Source: Polyangiaceae bacterium (GTDB lineage Bacteria; Myxococcota_A; Polyangia; Polyangiales; Polyangiaceae). From it: 64,000 bases of DNA. The notes beneath the pieces were generated by a model. It was not told the origin of the DNA. It ran no database searches and worked only from the letters and a program-made list of their open reading frames with translations. This document shows, one piece after another, positions 30,138-39,833 of this stretch; position 1 is the first letter of the stretch, and each line of letters starts with the position of its first letter. Position numbers and translations under genes: made by a program. Location of the stretch: the NCBI GenBank assembly GCA_050287085.1, contig JBNKBE010000014.1:113109-177108 (forward strand), read 5' to 3'.

Positions 30138-30178
30138 GCCCGCTCGAAGAGTTCTTTGGTGAGCGAAGGGCCTGAACG

Positions 30179-31027
30179 TCACGGCGCCACGGCGTCCCGA
30201 CAACAGCGAACGCCCGTGCTGTAGTCGAAGTAGGTCGGACCGTGAGTGGCGATTTGGGCCGCACACCCCTCGTATGTTCGGCGCGCGTAGAAGCCCCCCC
30301 GGAAGACGCCCTCAGGCTCGTCCACCCACTCGTCGAGATTGCCCACCATGTCGTAAGCCGCGTCGTTTCCCCAGCGGCTCGCGCACGCCTGGGATGCCCC
30401 TGAAACCCGCAGTACCGGTGCGTCACCCTCGAGCTGCAGGAGATTCAGCCGCGGGTCCAGATGCCCACTGGAAGACAAGCCGTGCAGCAGCGCCGCTGGG
30501 TGGTAGGGACGCCCCACATTACACGGCCCCACCCGGTAGGTCGCTCCGTACGGGAATTGATGGTCGGCCTCCCCACGACACGCGCGTTCCCATTCAGCGG
30601 ACGAACACAGGCGTTTACCTGCTGCCTCGCAGGCGCGCCGCGCGGAGTAGTAGCTGTGATACCCCTGCGGCACCATACCAGGACGACTGACGGCCATCGG
30701 CGTCGGCTCGTGCTCACGCTGCCAGGCACTGAGCGCGGGCAAAGCCATGCCGCGAGCCTGGGCCGGGCCAACACGACCGCGCAACACATCCCAAGTCTCA
30801 AAGACATACGTGTACCAACGCCGCTCAGGTGGATAGAAGGGCGATAGCGCCTGCCCTGTCGAACGATCGACGGAAGCGGTCTCGTAGCGATCGATACAAT
30901 AAGGACCGACGTCGACCATGTCGGACGGACAGCGAGGGGACTGGCCCACGGCCCCCCGCGGCGCCAGAGCGCCCACGAAGACAGAGCAGAGCACCCGTCG
31001 CCAAGTCCGAAGCCGCCGCGGCTCCAA
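30179..31027 (-). CDS. formylglycine-generating-enzyme (SUMF1/FGE-sulfatase) family protein
   Basis: CPSDMVDV..CIDRYE, GKRLCSSAEWERAC, YDMVGNLDEWV, RGG, GVRCC; start uncertain. Confidence 0.85.
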   Translation of the reverse strand: MEPRRLRTWRRVLCSVFVGALAPRGAVGQSPRCPSDMVDVGPYCIDRYETASVDRSTGQALSPFYPPERRWYTYVFETWDVLRGRVGPAQARGMALPALSAWQREHEPTPMAVSRPGMVPQGYHSYYSARRACEAAGKRLCSSAEWERACRGEADHQFPYGATYRVGPCNVGRPYHPAALLHGLSSSGHLDPRLNLLQLEGDAPVLRVSGASQACASRWGNDAAYDMVGNLDEWVDEPEGVFRGGFYARRTYEGCAAQIATHGPTYFDYSTGVRCCRDAVAP

Positions 31028-31037
31028 CCTGAGCACC

Positions 31038-31613
31038 CTATGCAGAGCCCACGACGCGCGAGGTGAACGCCATCGCGCTCGCCCCGATGTTCTCGTATGC
31101 GCGTAGCCAAACGTCGTTAGCGTCGCGCTCGGTGCTGTCAAAAAGCAGGTTCGAGTCTGCGTCCAGCGGTAGCCAGGAGCCCCCACGAATCTCGTCTTCC
31201 AGCTGGCTCGGGCCCCAGCCGGCATAACCTGCAACCGCCAATAACGAGGTTGGGGCTCGGCCTCCGGCGATCTCAGCAAGCACGCGCTTCGAAGAACAGG
31301 CGATGATATCCGGTCCAACCTCGATTTGTTCTTCGACCGCCTCATAACGGTCGCGCTCTGGATATAAGAGCCAAACGCGCTCGGGGCCTACCGGCCCGCC
31401 AAGGCGGACGCGACCCAGTCCGTCCGCGTCTGGCTCAGCCGCCATCTCCGCCTGCAAGAGCAGCTCCGAGAAGCTCATCAGCTCGCGACCGTTGATGACC
31501 CACCCAAAGGCCCCCTCCGCTCCGTGGGCAGCCAGCAATACGACCGAACGCTCAAAGCGCGGGTCACTCATCGGCGGCGCGGCGACGAGCAGTCCGGGAG
31601 CCAAGGTAGTCAT
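31038..31613 (-). CDS. YqgE/AlgH-family protein
   Basis: LLVAAPPMSDPRFERSVVLL, GGPV, GYAGWGPSQLEDEI. Confidence 0.92.
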   Translation of the reverse strand: MTTLAPGLLVAAPPMSDPRFERSVVLLAAHGAEGAFGWVINGRELMSFSELLLQAEMAAEPDADGLGRVRLGGPVGPERVWLLYPERDRYEAVEEQIEVGPDIIACSSKRVLAEIAGGRAPTSLLAVAGYAGWGPSQLEDEIRGGSWLPLDADSNLLFDSTERDANDVWLRAYENIGASAMAFTSRVVGSA

Positions 31614-31780
31614 GCCCATAGACTAAGACCACAGGGCGCGCACGTCGAGCCCCTGGTGCATTCGTGCCCCCTCCCGACCCATTACAGGCGCTCGTCGGAA
31701 CCCAAGACTTGTTTTGCCGCCGTCAGGACGCCCCCCTCTTAAGCCGGTATCCGGCAAGCCGTTAGATCCTGCGAAGGGCG

Positions 31781-31966
31781 ATGAAGAACCTGCTGACAGT
31801 AAAAGAAGTTGCCGCGCTATTGAGGGTCTCGGCGCAGACCCTCTACAAGATGCTCGAAGCCGGCGATATCCCAGCGGTTAAGGTGGGAAGCCAGTGGCGT
31901 TTTGACAGCGACAAGATCCAGGAATGGATCGAGGGAAGGGCCGCTGGCGCTAGCCCGAAAACATGA
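31781..31966 (+). CDS. small excisionase-family (HTH_17) DNA-binding protein
   Basis: LLTVKEVAALLRVS..TLYKM..G.IPAVKVGSQWRF. Confidence 0.88.
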   Translation: MKNLLTVKEVAALLRVSAQTLYKMLEAGDIPAVKVGSQWRFDSDKIQEWIEGRAAGASPKT

Positions 31967-32084
31967 CCAATAGCGCTTGACCCATTCCTCCGAAGTCTGC
32001 CTCAGGCGCGCGGACCACGCCAGTATGGGCACCCTGGAGCCGACTCATATACCGAGTCGACCCCCGGGCGCACGGGCCGTGCCT

Positions 32085-33287
32085 TCAGGTGGTGTAGTCC
32101 GCGTTTATGCGCACGTAGTCCTCCGTCAGATCACAACCCCAGGCCCGCGCTTCGGCGTCTCCAACCCCGAGATCCACGGATATCAGCACTTCCTCTCCGT
32201 CCATGGCGTGACTGATGGCGTCGTAGGAAACTGCGGTGGGCGCCCCCTTTTCGAAGGCCGCCACGCTCCCGATGGCAACGGAAAGACGCCCCTCATCAAG
32301 CTCCGCGCCGCTGCGACCCACCGCCATCAATACCCGTCCCAGATTCGGGTCCCGACCCGTAACCATGGTCTTGATGAGGGGTGAAGAGACAACCGTCCGC
32401 GCCGCAAGTCGCGCGTCTCCCACGCTCTTCGCTCCCGTCACGTGCGCTTCGATCAGCGCGCGCGCCCCTTCCCCATCACGGGCAAGGTCCTTCGCCAATT
32501 CCAGCGCGACGGCACGCATGGCGCTCTCGAGTTGTTCGAGCCCGGTGGCGCTCAACTGAGGCCCCCCCGCCGCCCCGTTCGCCAGAGCGATCATCATGTC
32601 GGACGTCGAGGTATCCATGTCGACGTCAACCATGTTGATGGTCTCGTCCCCCACGCGCTTGACCGCGCCCTGGAGCCAATCCGGTGCTACCGCAGCATCC
32701 GTCGTCAGAAAGCAGAAGACCGTCGCCATATTCGGGTGACTCATGCCGCTTCCCTTGGCCGAGCCGGCCACCACGTATCGCTTTCCGTCGATGACCAGAC
32801 TCACGCCACGGGACTTTGGCACGGTGTCTGTTGTCATCATCGCGCGGGCAAAACGTGCGCCCCCCTCCGCACTGGGACGCAGCAGAGCGAGCCCCGCCCG
32901 GAGCTTCTCCATGGGCAGCGGCCGTCCAATCACGCCGGTAGAACCCACGAGCACGGCCGCCTCTGGCACGCCAACGTGCTCCCCCGCCCAGCGCGCCATG
33001 GTCTTTGCATCTTCCAGGCCGCGGGCCCCCATGGCCACGTTGGAGCACCCTGAATTGATGACCAGGACGCGCGTCTCAGCGCTCGGAATCCGCGTTCGAT
33101 TGACCGTCACCGGTGCGCCGCAGATGCGATTGGTCGTGAAGATTCCTGCGGCGGACGCGGGCCGCTCCGACACCAGCAGACCGAGATCATAGCGGGGCTC
33201 GTCGCCGTAGGTCTTTATCCCACACACCGCAGCATCAGCAGCGTAACCTTGCGGCGACGTGAGCGAAGCGTCTTGAATCCAGTCCAT
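32085..33287 (-). CDS. argJ: bifunctional ornithine acetyltransferase / N-acetylglutamate synthase
   Basis: MTTDT, AKGSGMSHPNMAT, DTSTSD, RDGEGA, YVRINADYTT; GGAGG SD before ATG 33287. Confidence 0.95.
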   Translation of the reverse strand: MDWIQDASLTSPQGYAADAAVCGIKTYGDEPRYDLGLLVSERPASAAGIFTTNRICGAPVTVNRTRIPSAETRVLVINSGCSNVAMGARGLEDAKTMARWAGEHVGVPEAAVLVGSTGVIGRPLPMEKLRAGLALLRPSAEGGARFARAMMTTDTVPKSRGVSLVIDGKRYVVAGSAKGSGMSHPNMATVFCFLTTDAAVAPDWLQGAVKRVGDETINMVDVDMDTSTSDMMIALANGAAGGPQLSATGLEQLESAMRAVALELAKDLARDGEGARALIEAHVTGAKSVGDARLAARTVVSSPLIKTMVTGRDPNLGRVLMAVGRSGAELDEGRLSVAIGSVAAFEKGAPTAVSYDAISHAMDGEEVLISVDLGVGDAEARAWGCDLTEDYVRINADYTT

Positions 33288-33465
33288 ATGCAACAGCCTC
33301 CTCGGCCCGATGTTCAAAAACCTAGCCACAAACCCACTACGCTGGGTCAAGCGGTACCAAGCCTGGCCGTTTCAAATGAGTGGGCCCGACTCGGGTCGTA
33401 ACTAGCCCCAAGCGCCAGCCGTGACAAGTGGCTGAAACGCTGGACACAGAGAACCCAAGACCGCC

Positions 33466-33834
33466 ATGGACACATCGGCTCCCATCTACGACGCGGAAAC
33501 GCTAGATCAACTGCGCGAGCTCATCGACGAAGGGGACACCTCGTTCCTGGACGACCTATTTCAGAGCTACTTTGAAACCGCTCTCGAAAATCTCCAGACC
33601 CTCCGTACCGATAGCGACCAAGAAACCCTGCGCCGCGCGGCCCACACCTTGAAGGGCAGTAGCCTCAACGTGGGCGCAACCGGAGTGGCTGGAGTTTGCA
33701 AAAGCCTGGAGGCTGAGCTGAAGGTCAGCGTGGTCGAAGACATGCCGGCTCGCATCGCGCTGATCGAGGCGCAGATAGAACGCGTGCGCAACTCCTACGA
33801 GTCGAAGATCCGAGAACTCGCAGGGTCGTCGTAG
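33466..33834 (+). CDS. stand-alone Hpt (histidine phosphotransfer) domain protein
   Basis: RRAAHTLKGSSLNVGA Hpt signature. Confidence 0.9.
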   Translation: MDTSAPIYDAETLDQLRELIDEGDTSFLDDLFQSYFETALENLQTLRTDSDQETLRRAAHTLKGSSLNVGATGVAGVCKSLEAELKVSVVEDMPARIALIEAQIERVRNSYESKIRELAGSS

Positions 33835-34008
33835 GACTCGCCACGGCGACGAGCCCGCCCGTCGCTGGCGGAGGCTCGGCCGGCGCAGCACGACTTTCCT
33901 GTTCGCGGCCCTTTGGAACACCCGCTCTACACGCCGTTCGGCCGAGGGGGGCCTAGCCGCCTGCCATTCAAACGGCAGCGCGCCGGCAGACTGCTAGAGT
34001 GTCGGCCG

Positions 34009-34716
34009 ATGGCTAGTCGCACGTGCCGGATACTGGCGTCTCAACTTGCCTTGTCCGCGCCCCTGCTACTGGTGGCAGGCGAGGTGCACGCGGAGATCGA
34101 CGGCTTCGACGAACGCGCTGAGCACCAGTCCCACGAGACAGGTATCGAGTTCGCTCTAATGCTGGGCTACTCGACGTTTGCAGGCCGCACGGAGCAGGAC
34201 CAGTTGCTACGGGAACGATTCGTCGCCGCCGTCCCCCTGCGATTGGACGGCGGCTACCGTTTTGGCCGTCTGTGGTGGGCGGGGCTCTACCTCGAGTACG
34301 CGCCGCTGCTAGCAACCGGCTGGATGGAAACGAGGTGCGCCGACTGCACGCACAACTGGTGGCACTTTGGCGTCGGCGTTGAACACGACGTGCCTGTGGA
34401 CGCCCACCACCTGATCTGGTTTGGCGCTTATGCTGGCGAGTCCTTGCTCTCGAATGAGCTGCGACGAGAGGAGCGCAGCACCCGCGAACGTCGATTCACC
34501 GGTCTCGAGGGTAGCCTCAGAAGCGGCTTGCGGATCCGCCTGCTCGACGGCCTCGCCGTGGGTCCCACCTTCAGTATCACGGGCGGCACATTCGCGACTG
34601 TAAGCGAACAATGCGGCTCAGGGGAGATTTGCCCGGCTCGTACGCAACGCTCAACCGAGGGGTCAAGCCTCTACTTCTCGGCCACGACGGGGCTCAGTGT
34701 TGTCTTTCTCCCCTGA
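34009..34716 (+). CDS. putative outer-membrane beta-barrel protein
   Basis: Signal peptide ending VHA, alternating aromatic beta strands, paired Cys loops; start moved to ATG 34009. Confidence 0.6.
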   Translation: MASRTCRILASQLALSAPLLLVAGEVHAEIDGFDERAEHQSHETGIEFALMLGYSTFAGRTEQDQLLRERFVAAVPLRLDGGYRFGRLWWAGLYLEYAPLLATGWMETRCADCTHNWWHFGVGVEHDVPVDAHHLIWFGAYAGESLLSNELRREERSTRERRFTGLEGSLRSGLRIRLLDGLAVGPTFSITGGTFATVSEQCGSGEICPARTQRSTEGSSLYFSATTGLSVVFLP

Positions 34717-34755
34717 GCGCGTGGTCGCAGGCAGAACTCTACTAATACAACAAAC

Positions 34756-34784
34756 TTGCTAATTAATGAGCTAGTGCTCAAACT
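34756..34784 (+). promoter_or_regulatory. promoter TTGCTA-17 bp-CAAACT overlapping palindrome GCTaATTAATgAGC (34758-34771)
   Basis: AT-rich island 6 nt upstream of the XRE gene GTG; 14-bp near-perfect palindrome. Confidence 0.5.
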
Positions 34785-34790
34785 GCCGGC

Positions 34791-35345
34791 GTGGGTGAGA
34801 CCCTGGCCAAGAACCTCGCGTTCAACATCCGAGCCCTGCGAGAAAAGCGCGGGCTCAGTCAACAACAGATAGCGCATCAGGCGGAGATCCCGCGCCCGAC
34901 CTGGGCCAACTTGGAGTCCGGCGAAGCCAACCCAACCGTGTCCGTGCTCACTCGAGTGGCCAATGCCCTCGACGTAGGGGTCGAACAACTCTTGGCCCCA
35001 GTGCGGGACAGCGCGAGAGTGTTTCGCGCCTCAGAGCTACCGACCCATAAGAAGGGCAAAGTCACCATCCGCAGTCTTACACCCAACCGCCTGGCAGGAC
35101 TCGCCCTCGAGCGAATGACCTTTGCCCCCGGAGGCCAATTGCGTACGCCCGAGCTTCCGCCAAACACACGGCACATGCTGACGTGTGAGCAAGGTGAACT
35201 GGAAGCGAACCTCGGCGGACATGTCCATTCGTTGCGCGCCGGGGACGTCTTGCAGTACGCCGCCACCGACCGCTGTTTGTTGCGCAACACAAGCGACGCC
35301 AGCGCCGTTGCCTTCAGCATCGTGGCCTTCCGCTACGCCGAGTAG
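34791..35345 (+). CDS. XRE-family HTH transcriptional regulator with cupin domain
   Basis: IRALREKRGLSQQQIA..WANLESGEANPTV; C-terminal cupin (GELEA..LRAGD). Confidence 0.9.
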   Translation: MGETLAKNLAFNIRALREKRGLSQQQIAHQAEIPRPTWANLESGEANPTVSVLTRVANALDVGVEQLLAPVRDSARVFRASELPTHKKGKVTIRSLTPNRLAGLALERMTFAPGGQLRTPELPPNTRHMLTCEQGELEANLGGHVHSLRAGDVLQYAATDRCLLRNTSDASAVAFSIVAFRYAE

Positions 35346-35363
35346 CTATGAAGCGAACGGCTT

Positions 35364-36272
35364 TCAGTCAGACAGAGCGCGCCGCGTCGCGAGATATGAA
35401 GCTTCCAGCGACCCCCCGGCGCGCACCTCCACGATGCCCAGACCCTGCGCCAAGAGCAGAGGCAGTACGCGCGCGTTAACATCAGCTGGAGAGTGCCCCG
35501 CTGCGCCTTCCACCCGCAGCTCACCGGCGTTCCAGCTAAGCGCCCACGGCGCCAGTGCCTGGTGCAGCTCAGCGAGCTGCGGTTCCCGCTCCAGGCGATA
35601 GTGGACACCTGTCGTAGCCCGTTGCACCTCTGAAGCGACCCCCTCTCGCACGGCCCGCCCGTCGCTCATGAAGACGTAGTAGTCGCACACGGCTTCGAGC
35701 TCGCTCAGCACATGTGAGCTGACGACCAGCGTCGCGTCCCCTCGGCAGGTCCGGATCACTTCGCGGATCTGCACCACCTGCTCCGGGTCTAAGCCACTTG
35801 TGGGCTCGTCCAATAAGAGGAGGCGAGGTCGACCTATCAGGGCCTGCGCGACTCCAAAACGACGCCGCATCCCGTGTGAAAGTTCACCGAAGCGCGCATC
35901 AGCCTTACTTCTCAACCCGACAGCGTCCAGCACGCGCTCCGGCTCTGTCCGCGGATCGACATCTTGAAGCAAGGAGAAATGTCGAAGGATGGCTGCGATC
36001 GACTGCGACTGGCTCGGAAGAGAATCCTGCAACATGAGCCCCACCGAACCCAATGCTGCCGAGCCCCGACCCACTCGCTCGCCATGAACACGAATGCTAC
36101 CGGAATCGGGCTGCAGAAGCCCGCCGACGAGTCCCATTGCCGTTGTTTTGCCGGAACCGTTGGGGCCGATCAGTCCACAGACGGCCCCGCGGGGTACGGC
36201 TAACGATAGCCCCCTGAGCGCTACAGTCGAACCGAATCGCTTGCTGACCGAGTGCAATTCCAGAGCGTTCAT
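35364..36272 (-). CDS. ABC transporter ATP-binding protein (exporter type)
   Basis: GPNGSGKTT, LSHGM signature, LLLDEPTSGLDP, SSH; AGGAGG SD before ATG 36272. Confidence 0.92.
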   Translation of the reverse strand: MNALELHSVSKRFGSTVALRGLSLAVPRGAVCGLIGPNGSGKTTAMGLVGGLLQPDSGSIRVHGERVGRGSAALGSVGLMLQDSLPSQSQSIAAILRHFSLLQDVDPRTEPERVLDAVGLRSKADARFGELSHGMRRRFGVAQALIGRPRLLLLDEPTSGLDPEQVVQIREVIRTCRGDATLVVSSHVLSELEAVCDYYVFMSDGRAVREGVASEVQRATTGVHYRLEREPQLAELHQALAPWALSWNAGELRVEGAAGHSPADVNARVLPLLLAQGLGIVEVRAGGSLEASYLATRRALSD

Positions 36273-37159
36273 ACGTCCCTCCTTTCGAAGGCGAGCCAAC
36301 CGAGTGCAGCCGCCCCACCCCCAATGGCAAAGAGGGCAAGCAGCATGACCCAGAACAGGCCCGTCCCCTCCCAAATGCCCGATGCATAGTGTGCTGGAAA
36401 CAGCCAATCCAAGTAGCGGACAGCGGGCAGGGACGCTACCAGCGTGTCAGAAGTGATCACGGCACGGAGCAACCACAACGCTGTCAACACGATCAGCGGA
36501 TGACCTGCAGAAGCCAGGCGCCGGGGCAGCACCAAGACTACCGCCCCGAGCACTCCAACGTAGGCGGCACTCGAGGCCAGAGCAAACAGAGCGGCGCGCA
36601 GCAGCATTCCGAGTTGCAGGCCGCCATTGGCCCCGGTAAGCCACGAACCCACCATCAGCGTGGCGACAATCGACCCCGCGAGCCCCATTGCCACAAGCAT
36701 GAGCTGCGCTCCCAGCATGCCGCCGAGCCACTCCAGTCGACTGACGCGCAATAGCTCGAAGCGGGCCGCTCCGTGTTCAAAGGCGCGACGCAATCCACCG
36801 CAGGCGAGCAGCACCAACGCCAGGACGCCACCGCTCGCGATCAAAGAGTAGAACAGGCTCAGGGGAGACATCGCCGAAAGCAGCTCACGCGTGGATGCTT
36901 CGTCCACGAGCTGCAGCAGCCAGGGTCGCACCCTCTCGTCAACGATATCGTCGGGCAGTTCTGACAGCGGAATCGAAAGCTCCCGCGAGAGCGCCTCCCG
37001 CGCCTCGTCAGCGATGGTCTTGTAGGTCGCGAGAAAAGCCGCCGTGGCGAGGGCGGTGCCCAGGACTCCAACGGCCAAGAGCGCCCACGACGCGCGCGAA
37101 CGAAACGCTTCGGCCACCTCGAAGCGGAGAACAGCTAGCACCCTTCTGCCACGAACCAT
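36269..37159 (-). CDS. ABC-2-type transporter permease
   Basis: About 6 TM helices, C-terminal FERRDV, 4-nt overlap with the ATPase; start moved to ATG 37159. Confidence 0.8.
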   Translation of the reverse strand: MVRGRRVLAVLRFEVAEAFRSRASWALLAVGVLGTALATAAFLATYKTIADEAREALSRELSIPLSELPDDIVDERVRPWLLQLVDEASTRELLSAMSPLSLFYSLIASGGVLALVLLACGGLRRAFEHGAARFELLRVSRLEWLGGMLGAQLMLVAMGLAGSIVATLMVGSWLTGANGGLQLGMLLRAALFALASSAAYVGVLGAVVLVLPRRLASAGHPLIVLTALWLLRAVITSDTLVASLPAVRYLDWLFPAHYASGIWEGTGLFWVMLLALFAIGGGAAALGWLAFERRDV

Positions 37160-37677
37160 TGTCCCCTTGTGCCGCCTGGAGCCCTCGAACACAAGGCGAC
37201 GTGACGCGGCGAAGCTCCAGCGCGCTGCGCCACGGGCCGTGGCCCGGGTTGCCGCCGTGCAACGAGTCGCCCTGTCCAGGTTGCCTGAGGTCAAGCCCCG
37301 GGCCCAGCGCCCTCCGACCAACCCGAGCACAGAGAACGAAATTTCTGCATACCCTCGACATGCCCTGCACCGAGCCAACGATTCCTGCAATACCTGAGAA
37401 ACATTGCCCGAAATCCCCGGCCGCCGGACCATTCAGCGGGAGCGCCAGATCAACTCCTAGCACAAAGACGAGTGCCACGACCGGCGTCTTCGTGTCACTC
37501 TGGCGCTGGGGACATCCTGTGCTTGGGGGACGCTAATCATAGGCGGTTTGGGGGTCGTTGTGCAGCACACAAGCTCGCGGCGGTCGGCTTTCACCCTGGT
37601 GAGTGCCCTGCCGCGTTTGCAAACCCCAATGTCGATTCCTCAGCCCCAACTCTCCCCTACGTTCCACTCCTCAATCC

Positions 37678-39828
37678 ATGGCTGGTAGCAGTTCCTCCGC
37701 ACGCGTTCTGATCGTCGATGACGAACCGCAGGTCCGCAATGCGCTCGCCCGCCTGCTACGAACGAACGGCTTGGAGCCCGTCGTAGCAGCCACGGGTGAA
37801 GAGGCTTTGGCCCTCGCGGAGGGAGCTGGGCTCCAAGCGGTGATCAGCGACTTGAATATGCCGGGAATGGGCGGCATCGTCATGCTGCAGCGCCTGAGCC
37901 CCTTGCAGCCACGATGCCGCTTCGTGGTGCTGACGGGGGAGGGTCCGGTGGATACCGATCTGCTTCCAGCTGGTCACAAGATTCGAGTGCTGCACAAGCC
38001 TTGGGTTCCATCCGAGCTACTGACTGCTGTTCGCGGCAAGCGCACGACAGGCCGCTCCACGATTCCCCCACCGAGGCGAATTTCCAAGACCCGCGTCCTA
38101 TTGGTCGAGGGTGATCCAGGCGATGCCTTGCTCACCACAACAGCGCTGGGGCTGACATCCGACCATCAGTACCTGGTCAGTCACTGCACTACGCTCGAAG
38201 CCGCCCTTGAGCGGCTGACCCGAGAAACCTTCGACGTGGCCTGCGTCGAGGTCGCCTTGCCCGATAGCAAAGGCCTCAACGCAGTGCTCAAGCTACAAGC
38301 AGCCGCTCCAGAGTTGGGCATCGTCGTACTCTCTCATCTGGACGACGAGGCGCTGGCGCTCCAGGCGGTTCAGGCCGGCGCCCAAGACTTTCTCGTCAAA
38401 GGACAGGTCGGAGGCGCCGCCGTCGCCAAGGCGATGCGCTATGCGCAGGAACGCAAGAGAGCCGAGCAACGGCTGAGCGAGATGGCGTTCCATGACCAGC
38501 TGACCGGGCTCGCCAATCGCACCCTCTTCCGGCAGCGCATCGCTCAGGCACTGGTGCACTGCAGAGAATCACAACGCGGATTTGCGGTGCTCGTGCTCGA
38601 TGTCGATCGCTTCAAGTCCATCAACGACGCCCTGGGTCACGACGCAGGCGACGCATTTCTGCAACAGGTTGCGGAACGGCTGCGGCACGTCACTCGCGAG
38701 GGTGAAACCGTAGCTCGGCTCGGCGGAGACGAATTTGCCATCTTGGCTCGCAACGTGCGCGGAGAAGCAGACGTCAGGGGCTTGTGCAGTCGCGTGCTGC
38801 AGCAACTCCGGGCCCCGCTCGAAATCAACAACACCCGACTCAAACCCACCTCGAGCATCGGGGCGGCTCTCTTTCCTGACTCAGGACAAGACAGCGATGC
38901 CTTGCTGTCGGCAGCGGACGCGGCCATGTACGTCGCCAAGAGCGAAGGGCGCAACAGGTTTCACCTGCACGGGGTGGAGCTATCGGAAAGCAGCGCACGA
39001 CGCGTCGAGCTGGAACACCAACTACGCATCGCGGTGGAGCGCCGCGACTTTGAACTGTACTATCAGCCCCAGGTGGATCCGAGCGGCCGCTGGATACGCG
39101 CCGAAGCGTTGCTGCGCTGGAAACGAGCGGACCTGCCGCCGGTATCCGCCGATAAGTTCGTACCTCTGCTCGAAGAGACCGGTTTGATCTTGGAGCTAGG
39201 TCCGTGGTTGATTGCCAAGGCGTGTCGACAGCTTCGGCGGTGGCAAGACGCTGGCTGTCCGGTAGAACGGATTGGAATCAACATTTCAGCAACCCAATTC
39301 GCCGCGGGGGATGTCGTAGGTGACGTGCGCCGCGCTGTTCAAGCGGCAAGGCTACACCCTAGCAGCGTGGAGTTGGAGCTTACGGAAACTGCTCTGCTAG
39401 CAAACAACGAGACCATCCGCGAGAAGCTGCTCACCCTCGCCGCAGACGGCTATCACCTTGCCCTCGATGACTTCGGAACCGGATACTGCTCGTTGGCCTA
39501 CCTGCGTGAGTTTCCGATCAGCACAGTCAAGATCGACAAGAGCTTTGTGCGAGAGATCGCAACCGACGTTCGCTTGAGAGAACTGGTCGGTGCCATCGTA
39601 CATCTCGCGCGAAGACTGGGTCTCGAGGTGATTGCTGAAGGCGTCGAAGACGAAGCGCAGGTCAACGTGCTCAATGCCCAACGCTGCCAGCTGATGCAGG
39701 GATATCTCTTTGGCAGGGCCCTGCCCGCGGACGAGTTTCGGGCGTATTTCGTCGGAAAGCTGCCGACTGCGCGAAGCACCACCCTGCGCAAGTGCAGCGA
39801 CAGCAGGCGCAAAGGCATCGCGTCGTAG
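37678..39828 (+). CDS. REC-REC-GGDEF-EAL c-di-GMP synthase/phosphodiesterase
   Basis: LIVDDEP..SDLNMP REC1; second REC; HDQLTGLANR, RLGGDEF, AEALLRW, ELTET, LDDFGTGY, VKIDKSF, AEGVE, QGY. Confidence 0.93.
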   Translation: MAGSSSSARVLIVDDEPQVRNALARLLRTNGLEPVVAATGEEALALAEGAGLQAVISDLNMPGMGGIVMLQRLSPLQPRCRFVVLTGEGPVDTDLLPAGHKIRVLHKPWVPSELLTAVRGKRTTGRSTIPPPRRISKTRVLLVEGDPGDALLTTTALGLTSDHQYLVSHCTTLEAALERLTRETFDVACVEVALPDSKGLNAVLKLQAAAPELGIVVLSHLDDEALALQAVQAGAQDFLVKGQVGGAAVAKAMRYAQERKRAEQRLSEMAFHDQLTGLANRTLFRQRIAQALVHCRESQRGFAVLVLDVDRFKSINDALGHDAGDAFLQQVAERLRHVTREGETVARLGGDEFAILARNVRGEADVRGLCSRVLQQLRAPLEINNTRLKPTSSIGAALFPDSGQDSDALLSAADAAMYVAKSEGRNRFHLHGVELSESSARRVELEHQLRIAVERRDFELYYQPQVDPSGRWIRAEALLRWKRADLPPVSADKFVPLLEETGLILELGPWLIAKACRQLRRWQDAGCPVERIGINISATQFAAGDVVGDVRRAVQAARLHPSSVELELTETALLANNETIREKLLTLAADGYHLALDDFGTGYCSLAYLREFPISTVKIDKSFVREIATDVRLRELVGAIVHLARRLGLEVIAEGVEDEAQVNVLNAQRCQLMQGYLFGRALPADEFRAYFVGKLPTARSTTLRKCSDSRRKGIAS

Positions 39829-39833
39829 GCAGC

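Noticed and set aside
31781..31966. Excisionase indicating a prophage or ICE
   Set aside because: No integrase, tRNA or att repeats; stand-alone HTH_17 genes are common regulators
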